DNA of 64,000 bases, from contig OX597831.1 in assembly GCA_951406725.2 (NCBI GenBank), positions 82,212,001 to 82,276,000 of the forward strand. The letters run 5' to 3'. The translations under genes and the position numbers were made by a program. The first letter of the stretch is position 1. Each line of letters begins with the position of its first letter. The notes under the pieces were generated by a model. That model saw only the letters and a list, made by a program, of their open reading frames with translations. It did not search any database and had not been told where the DNA came from. The stretch is from Octopus vulgaris (lineage: Eukaryota). Shown here piece after piece: positions 53,985 through 64,000 of the stretch.

Positions 53985-55036
53985 AATACGAAAATTGTTG
54001 ACAATGCATAGAATGCGCCACCCTAAGGCAGATATAGAACGACTCTACTTGCCAAGAAAAGAGGGAGGCCGTGGTCTTTTACATCTGGAATTAACAATGA
54101 AGATTGCCACACTTGGCCTAGAAACTCTGATGACTGGATGTTAAAGCTTGTCTCAAACCATGGAAATAAGAAAGCAGCATACTCAGTAACAAAACAGGCA
54201 AAGGTATATCTAAGTGAATTCCAAATACAACAAATCCCAGAATTAGCCGTAATGGAAACAAGCACAGAAAAAGCTAAGTGTATGAAAACTTGTGCTAAAA
54301 CTGCTGCCTTGGATATTCTTACGGATAAATGGCAAGAAAAACCTCTCAATGGCAAATACCCACGATAGAGCTGCACAATATATTCCCTGAGTAATTTGTA
54401 AAAACCTGGACATGCCCCATGATAAAAACTGGTGGGAACACAAACCCCCTCCAGTGCTTGAAAATGATAACATCTCACTCCTCTGGAACTACACCATTCA
54501 AACTGACAGAAAGATAGATGCAAATAGGCCAGACATCATATTGAAAGACTTCAGACAAAAAAACATGCCTCCTCATTGATATGACTGTCCCAATCGACAT
54601 AAATGTATCTGTGAAAACCTACCAAAAACTGATCAAGTATAAAGATCGTGAAATAGAAATTCGCAAAATGCGGAACCTGAAGACTAAAACAATACCTGTT
54701 GTCATAGGTGTCCTAGGAATGATAGCAAAAGGGGCTGATTGCTACCAGGCTCAGACACCAGGAAACCCCAAAATGGCAGAAATTCAAAAGATAGTGCTCT
54801 TGGGAACTGCTCATACCCTACGCAAAATACTTTCTATGTAATCTCAAGTTTTAAAACAAACATAATTTTCGTTTTTTTTTTGTTTTTTTAGACATTCACT
54901 AGTACAACACTAAATACAAAACCGAATATATGGCACACAAGGCATAACAACAACATGAACTTCCAACCTGTTGTCCCTTGAGGTCTCTGGGTGAGACTTG
55001 GAGCCAACTTGTACAAATATAAAGCAAAAGTCAAAC
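53985..55036 (+). mobile_element. R4/Dong-type LINE 3' part with internal deletion and complete 3' UTR, inside (TAA)n
   Basis: MHHPKADI.RLYLPRKEGGRGL, WQEKPLNGKYP, ANRPDIILKD and KTKTIPVVIGVLG...GTAHTLRKIL*. (AAT/AAC)n lies on both sides. Confidence 0.9.
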
Positions 55037-55136
<100 letters not shown>

Positions 55137-55664
55137 CAACAACAACAACAACAACGTTAATAACAATACAACACAAGAAGAAGAAGAAGAAGAAGAAGAA
55201 GAAGAAGAAGAAGAAGAAGAAGAAGAAGAAGGAGGAGGAAAAAGAAGAAGAAGAAGAAGAAGAAGAAGAAGAAGAAGAAGAAGGAAGAAGAAGAAGAAGA
55301 AGAAGAAGAAGAAGAAGAAGAAGAAGAAGAAGAAGAAGAAGAAGAAGAAAATGCCCGACGTGGTAGCAATTTTACCAGCTCGATGATGAGGATGATGATG
55401 ATGATGGGAAGGAGGAGGAAGAGGTGGAAGAGGGGGATTTATGCTCAAGGCTAACAGTATTAAATGGAGATTACATCGATCCTAATATTTGACAAACACT
55501 TTATTTTATCAGCTCCGAAAGGATGAAGGGAAAAGTTGACCTCAGCAGAATTTGAACTCAGAACATATGAATCAAATGAAATACCTCTGGGCATTTTGTC
55601 CGACCCTCTAACAATTTTGTCAATTAACAATTAATAATAAATGCAAATGTGCAGAGCGGGGATG

Positions 55665-56170
55665 AACAGATCAACCATCGAGTTGCAGTAAGGTAACGCA
55701 AAAAGAGTATAAACGCTGGAACGACTGTGTTAGTAAAAGATTACATAGGGACGTTAACCAAGTTTCTGGAAGTGAAGTATCAGAAAAGTGGTATGAAGAA
55801 GAGCCAGAAGCTAAGACGGTGAATGAGATTTTCAGGATTTTATGGGATTTCTCCATAGAAACTTACCATACTATTGAAGCAAGTAGACTAGATATGACCA
55901 TGGGGGACAAAAGGAATTGTGCTGTTTCATTGGCTCTTATATGATAGTAGAGTAAATGTCAAGGAAACAAAACTGAAGATATCAGGAGCTAAATGACGAA
56001 ATTGCAAACCGGATATTGTTTGTTTGGAAATTTGTGCATTTGACACAACATCGAAACTGTTGCCTACGAGACAGAAAGATATTGGAAACGAGACGGGAGT
56101 TGTGCACTCGTAGAAACAGTAGCCTTCTGTATTCTGCAAGAAACCGAAGAAAGATCTGAAGAAATTTGTT
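55665..56170 (+). mobile_element. Decayed R4/Dong-type LINE REL fragment, related to 18760-19272
   Basis: EKWYEEEPEAKTVNEIFRILWDFSIETYHTIEASRLDM. Confidence 0.7.
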
Positions 56171-57301
56171 CTGCTAATTAGATTAGTTGGTGATAAAACA
56201 GCAACAACAACAACACAGATATATGCATGTGTGTTTGTGTGTGTTAAAACACGTGCACACACAAACACACAAACACACACATACATACATACATACATAC
56301 ATACATACATACATACATACATACTCACTCACACACACATACATGCATATATGCATGTATGTATTATGTATGCATGTATATTACGTGTGTGTGTGTGTGT
56401 GAAAGCCAGTATATATTTACTGAAAAGAAAAAAAGAAACATATTTATCCCGGCAAATCCGACACCATCTCCATCAATAATCTATATGAACTGTTAGTAAA
56501 ATCTGCTTTATTTTTCGCTTTTAAATGGTTTATGTACGTTAATAAATAAGTGTTTTAGTATTAAAGTAGTGTGTATGGTTTAGTAGTCGAGTATACTCAA
56601 TAAACAACAAACAAGGTTAATTTTGTTTTTTCTTTGTGTCTCGAACGTCTGCTTGGTTATATGGTGCGGCAGTAGTTTATGCATTGAGATAAGAGTCGAA
56701 ACATTTAGCGTTATGTTAAATGATTCCAGGAAGATGTAATGAATTCAATGCAATGCTCCAATGAAAGTTTCTCTCAAATCTTGTTAAACGACGTCAATAA
56801 AATTCTTCTTTTTTTTATGACTTGGTGCATTTGTTATTTAGTTGTTGCTTTTGCTTGTGTTATCGTTTTGTTTGTGTTTTATATTCAAATAAACTTTTGG
56901 AAATATCTTTCTAAGGTGTTCAGACAGTCAACAACAAAATATGAAAGCTTTTAATAGAACTGAGCACGTTGTGTATAACATAGCGATGGACAAAGCTGAA
57001 GAAGCGTGGTTCGTGCCCTGCTACCGGAGAAGATTGTATTCGAGGTCAATGTACTTAGATCTCAACTTCTGAATCTATCAATCTCTAAGTAGGTACCATT
57101 GATGAGGCAAATCCATCTACATGTTAAATAGGTAACTCAGTGAAGTACGGTTTACTTTTCTGTGAGTAGGTACCACAAGGATACATCCATCAAGCTCTAA
57201 GTACCCCACTAAGGTACGGTTCCTTCAGTAGTAAACAGGTACCACAGTGTGATACGATTTACCACCATAAGTATCATTGTTGACATGGATAGTACTAAGC
57301 T

Positions 57302-57368
<67 letters not shown>

Positions 57369-57624
57369 TCTGGCAGGTAAATCTACTTACAAGAAACGAT
57401 CGTGTTGTCCAGGAGAAGATATATTTCTCATCAGTTGAAAGGCTGAGATAGGTTTTGGCCCCATAGATACTGGTTAAAGAAGGTATTTCTAGAATTATTT
57501 ATACCTTTTGGTGGGAAAATATGCAGTTGAAGAATTAGAAGAAAGAATGAGAAAAATAATACGAGGAATAAGGTGGATTAAACTTGTTTTTTTTTTAATG
57601 TTGCGTGGTTCAGATATCTTCTTT

Positions 57625-57664
<40 letters not shown>

Positions 57665-58200
57665 CACTCACTCTCATTGCTTTTTCTTCTTATCGATCTA
57701 TTTATCTGTCTTTCTACTTAACTTCATACAAGCACTTTGCCAATTTTCTGCAAGGAAATAAAACACTCATCAATTATATACGCTCCCGCTGCCTCCAAGG
57801 ATGAAGTGTGCCTCCTCATGATACTTCCTTCATTTTAAAAATAAATGGAAGATCATATTAGATGACAGTGAGTTCGAGTGTGCTGTAAACCTAGAAAGAA
57901 TAAAAAGACGGTGAGGAGGCTCTGTATTCAGCCATCTGCTCCATCAGAGCCAACACAGTAAGTTATCGAAAATTCTAGAAAAATAAATCATGTGGATGTT
58001 TCCTCAATGCATAGTTTGAAGAACCAGGGTAAATTACAGTAATTACCATTAAAAATATTCTCCGTTACCTCTATCGATATGGACCACACTGTTGAATAAG
58101 GTGCTGGAAGTTAGCATCCCATTAGCAAGTCTTATGAACAAGATCTTTTACTTTCGATGGCTCAATCTACCAAACTCTAAATAGATGCAATGAGGAAGAC

Positions 58201-58426
58201 AGAGCGTGGCAGAAACGTTAACACGCCGGGCGAAACGCTTAGCAGTATTTCGTCTGTCTGAACGTTCTGAGTTCAAATTCTGCCGAGGTCGACTTTGCCT
58301 TTCATCCTTTCGGGGTCGATAAATAAAGTACCAGTTACAGACTGGGATCGATGTAATCGACTTAATCCTTTTGTCAGTCCTTGTTTGTCCCCTCTATGTT
58401 TAGCCCCTTGTGGGCAATAAAGAAAT
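58201..58426 (+). mobile_element. SINE family B copy
   Basis: Colinear with the reverse complement of 43478-43705. Confidence 0.9.
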
Positions 58427-59048
58427 ATATATTCAACAAGTACTTCACCAGTTTCCACTAATTGTTTTTACTATTCCTGTCGAACCATTATCTTGGAAGA
58501 TCTCACACTACGACACCGTTTCAGCCAGTTTTGACACAACATTGTCAAAACACATTTTACAAACGAATTAATTCGCTTTTGTGAGGAACTGTTTTCTAAA
58601 AGCCCCTTTTATCGTCTCTTAAGCTTAATACACTAAATTACTCTAAATAAAAAAAGAAAATATCAACCAGAAAATAGAGCTGAAGTTATTCAAGAAATCG
58701 ATATTTGTCTTCAATGAATTTTATCAAAAATATACAAAAAAGATTTAAATGTATTTTCTAATGGTTAGTTATCTTTGTTGATGAAAAAGAAATGACTATG
58801 AGACATTTATCAGCGAAAGTCTGGCGGTAAATGTGTTAATTTAAGCTTGCTTAAATAATAGGTTGATTCTCTATTTTTAGTCCAGCTCAGATGGAAAAAA
58901 ACAACAACAAAAAATAAAAACAGTATGTATACAAATAGGCAATTTACCAAATTCCCTTGTCATTTGTGTCGACATTTCGTGGAAATAGAGGAGAGCGGTA
59001 GAGGTGGGCGGGTCGTTAGGTAGGTAGGTGGATAGAATAGATAGATGG

Positions 59049-59093
<45 letters not shown>

Positions 59094-59114
59094 AATTTGT
59101 GTTGCAATACACAC

Positions 59115-59206
<92 letters not shown>

Positions 59207-59269
59207 GTATGTACACACACACACACTCAAATATATACATATATACATACAAATATATATATATATGTC

Positions 59270-59317
<48 letters not shown>

Positions 59318-59417
59318 GTATATGTATGTACACACACTCAAATATATACATACAAATATATATGTACACACACACATAGATAGATGACTACATATCTACT
59401 TCGGGAAGATGGTGTGC

Positions 59418-59466
<49 letters not shown>

Positions 59467-59796
59467 TGTGTTTGTACTTGAGTACATATAGTGTGGTTCT
59501 GTGAGTTGTGTGAGAGATGGTGGGAGAGACAAGTAGAGGGGTGAACGCATCAGTTATAATCAAGAATTACACGCATATCCGTCTCTTAAAAGCAAAAGAA
59601 GAGAGAACAAAAGAAAAAATCAAAAAATCTATTTCTAAACGTGAAATATTTGGTATTAAAAACAAAAGTGATTAATAAGAGAGTTCGATTCACATTTTTT
59701 TCTAACCCCTGTTGCCCTACCCCTAACTTTACTCCTCTCTCTTTCTTCTACAATATATGAGTGTGTGTGTATACTCATATATGTTTGTATGTGTAC

Positions 59797-59848
<52 letters not shown>

Positions 59849-60527
59849 ATATATGTATGTATGTATGTATTCTCCTTCTGTCGGATCTCTCTCTCTTCCT
59901 AACTCTCTTTCTACTATCTAACTCTCCCCTTCCTTCTCTCTCTCTCTCTCCCTCTTTTCGCCTTCTCCCTCATTCAGCAGACGACCCAATCAAGATGGCG
60001 AACTGCTTGCTGCACAAAATAGAGATTTACAACTTTCACTGCCATTTCTCCATCACATAAACAAGATCTACTTACATTATCTAATTTCAAGCTATTTTAT
60101 TCCAGTCACCTGGAAATCGGAACCTCCTACATCCAACTACTTTTTTCAACCATTCTACTTATTTTCTCTTCTCATAGACTCACTTGCTCTTTCTCTCTCA
60201 TTCTTCATCTCTCGCCACCTCTGTCTTTCTTTCCCTCTCCCGTTCCTTCTCTTATCTCTCTCTCTCTCTCTCTTTTTCTTTTTACTCTTTCTCAAATTCT
60301 GTATTTGCTCTTTTATCTATCCTTCCCTCTTCGGCTCCCACTCTTTCTCTCTCTCTCTCCCTCTCTCTCTCTCTTTTTCTTTCTCGTTAGTGTTTCTGTT
60401 CTATCACGGGTTAGAATTGCTTTTTCTTACGTAATATTCGTCTTCTTCTTCTTCTTCTTCTTCTTCTTCTTCTTCTTCTTCTTCTTCTTCTTCTTCTTCT
60501 TCTTCTTCTTCTTCTTCTTCTTCTTCT

Positions 60528-60574
<47 letters not shown>

Positions 60575-61409
60575 TTCTTCTTCTTCTTCTCCTCCTCCTC
60601 CTCCCTTTATTTATCTGTCTCCTACTCCCCTCAGCCATTCTCCCTTCTGTTTCCACTCCCTGCCTATAATGTTCTTCACTTTTTTTTTATTTCCTTTATT
60701 CCGACCTTCAGCCAATTCCGCCATTTACCCCTCCCCTGACCCAAACCCTTCAGTTCGCTTGATATTTCATTGACCCATCATCAGAACTCCGAGGACAGGT
60801 GATGTCCACCAAAGTGGGATATGAATTCAGATCATAGAAAAACAAAGTTAAAAAAGTTAAACGTAAATTCCTCCCCCACCCTCTACCAACTTCAGTTCAC
60901 TTGATATTAATTTCTTCCTTTGACACAAGACCAACTTGGAGTATAGATGTTTGGTTGTTACTAATATGGCCCTGCTACTTACGCCATGGACATAGATGGA
61001 TTACCCATACCAACTTATACAAGCAATAATACTAACGAGTCAAAACCCTAAAACTAACTGCTTTTATAACCACCAATACTTACTATTAAAACTACTAATA
61101 CTAATTATTATAACGAACTATACTAACTGCTACACCTACTGATACTAATTACTTTAACCCTTAATACTAACTACTCTAACATCTAATACGAACTACCAAT
61201 ACAACTAATACAAACTAATGTAACAAATTCTTTACCAATAACCTGGCTTTTGTCTTCTCATTGCAGTAAATATAGCTGGGATGGCTCAGAAGCAAAATAC
61301 AGGGTGGGAAAATGAGAAAATAAATATGAGAGAAAGTTAATAGTGACGTACTGTGAGGGAGAGAAAGATATCGACGTTTCAGAATGTTTTCCTTTGTCGA
61401 GGAAGACGA

Positions 61410-61489
<80 letters not shown>

Positions 61490-62239
61490 TCTTTATTCAC
61501 CATAAGGTTGAGAAAAAGAAGGGACGATACGAGGACAGACAAAACAAACATTGGGGGTCAGGGTATCGAATGAGACGAAATATATAAATAAACAAACATT
61601 TAAATGATAATGAGGGAGAGAGAATGAATGCTTTAGAAGGGATAAAAGCAACGTAACTTCCATTGTGACCAATACAGCCATGGAGATCTACTGCAGTCAT
61701 CAATACTAACTGTTATAATCATCAATAACTTTTTAGTACCCACATTAAATTTTATAGCAATCAGCAGCTTGTATAGATATTAATACAAACTATTATTGTC
61801 AATTATATGAAGAAGAAATTGCATGGTTATTAGGTAGGACTGTATTTCTCTTGAAGTTCAGTGTTGTGCAGCAGAGATGTGGTTTTTGCTTCCATCGTAC
61901 GATAACTAGAGCGAGGAAACATACTTTAATATGTTAACATCATCAGAAAGCAAAGCCGTTTTAAAAACAAAACAAAAAATTTATTATTACATAAGTAAAT
62001 ACTTCATAAAAAAACTGTGTTTTCCTGTCTTCGGCAAATTATCGGTTAACTGATTGGAGACCGATACAACCGATAAAACATACAAGCAAACAAACCCTAG
62101 AAATATGAAGTCAATTTTTTGGTGGCTGAAAATTGATGGCTGGAGTAAAATTTATTGAGGCTACTGTGGCACACAAATAATCGTAGGGATAAAGTAGTAG
62201 GCGCTCATACATACATACAAACATATAAGAACATATATG

Positions 62240-62283
<44 letters not shown>

Positions 62284-62688
62284 TCTCTAATAGTTTGATT
62301 CGGTTGCATGAAACTTAGTTTCATAGACTTGTCAAGCCGTATTCGGTTCTACGTGCCTGATGAGTTAGGTTTGTTTAACCATGAAACAGTAATTTAAATG
62401 AAGTCGAATCAAACTGTCATCAAACAATATCTGTAAATCCTGTCATATTTGATGAGTGTCACTTTTGTTCGTAATATAAATATAACACACACACACACAT
62501 GTATATATGCATGTATACACGCATGTATGCATGTGTTTGTATGTATGTGTGTATATATAGATATTTTGAAGAGGTCTTAGGCCAACAGGTTTTTGGGTCT
62601 GACGGTACGCCACAAAGCTAAACCCTTTATGGCCGGGAGACCCGGGGTAACCCCATTAACCGGCCTTCTCCATCATATATATATGTAT

Positions 62689-62761
<73 letters not shown>

Positions 62762-63383
62762 AATCCGTGTATACATATGCAACAGCTTCATACAGACTTA
62801 GGTTTGCTCGTGCATGCGCACATGTGTGCGTATGTATAAGTAAACCTGAATCTATATTCATTTGCTCGTGCAAAAAGGAAAGCTGTAAATAATGGATCTT
62901 AAATATGTACGCCGGAAGCAGTAAGTTGGAACTGAATGCTGGTGTATAATGTATGGTTAGGTAGGAAGGCGTCAAGTTTAAGATGTGTGAAGGGGTTAAG
63001 TCGCAGGTAATACTTATCAACCGGCTTTAAGGCTTCAGTCAGTTTCATTTTTTCCTAGTTGTAAAGACGTGTGCATCCCAAGGGAGATAATCTCCGATCT
63101 TAAGTTCAGTTGCCTTACGACAGTAATAACAGTGTATAAATAGAAGTAATGGATACGTCACCTGTGGGTTTTATAGACTGTTATAGCTTAGGTGAAGACT
63201 GAAGGCTGCAAAGCAAAAAATAACACTGGGGAAAAGAGAAAGAAAGTAATAAAAGCTTTAAGAATATCCCTATTTTAGGGGATGAAGGAAGCTTCAATTC
63301 ATGTGAAATTAGCATACTGTGTGTCTGTACACATATATATGTGTGTGTGCGTGTGTGTGTATGAATTTATAAATATATATGTA

Positions 63384-63456
<73 letters not shown>

Positions 63457-63457
63457 C

Positions 63458-63491
<34 letters not shown>

Positions 63492-63613
63492 TGTATGTAT
63501 GTATGTATGTATGTATGTATGTATGTATGTATGTATGTATGTATGTATGTATGTATGTATGTATGTATACGAAAATTTTCATACAAGGTATGTATATACG
63601 TATGTATGACTGC

Positions 63614-63669
<56 letters not shown>

Positions 63670-64000
63670 GTGTGTGTGTATGTACACACGCACATATATA
63701 TGCATAAGAGTGACTAGATAGAAGCAAGACTAACTCTAATGCACCGCAGTTTGACGATGGGTTAGCTGGGCGAAAACTTCGAAGTCACTGTCAACAACAT
63801 TCTTGTATAAGAATAATGAATTTGTACTCCACAAAAGTAAGAAGCTAGCTCCCCAACCACCAGGTTCCGGGTTCAGTCTCTCTGCATGGCACCTTCTACT
63901 AGAGACTCGGGCCGATCAATGGATTCGGTAGACAGAAACTGAAAGAAGCCCGTTGTATATATATACATACACATACACACACACACGCACATACTCACAT

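Noticed and set aside
57080-57290. Recurrent aggtaccac motif (also ~1837)
   Set aside because: Spacing is irregular and similarity too low to define a unit by eye.
62352-62395. CTGATGA-GTTAGG..TTTAAC-CAT-GAAAC-AGTA hammerhead candidate
   Set aside because: There are extra bases before GAAA and no stem I; at best a decayed relic.

Overview
This is AT-rich animal non-coding DNA (intergenic or a very large intron) with extreme microsatellite density. The repeat families look like those of coleoid cephalopods (Octopus-like), which is recognition from memory and not a database result. No intact host protein-coding gene is supported. All long ORFs come from stop-free microsatellites, chiefly a ~3.9 kb (CATA)n array at 11.1-15.0 kb. 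The recognisable content is decayed mobile DNA: a Penelope-like element (RT thumb + GIY-YIG), many R4/Dong-type LINE fragments sitting in (TAA)n or (CATA)n tracts, RTE, CR1 and L1/Tx1 fragments, two mariner remnants, a hAT-type MITE and three SINE-like families. The most notable signal is a set of minimal type I hammerhead ribozyme (HHR) motifs from several unrelated repeat families. Four are well formed (19702-19747, 24563-24618, 25421-25552, 51504-51549) and three have variant cores (8966-9022, 26642-26677, 43279-43316). One family joins a tRNA-like Pol III head, an (AAT)n spacer and an HHR. It occurs both as the 3' terminal repeat of the Penelope-like element and as a stand-alone copy with an inverted tail. 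All folds and alignments were done by eye, so boundaries are approximate.
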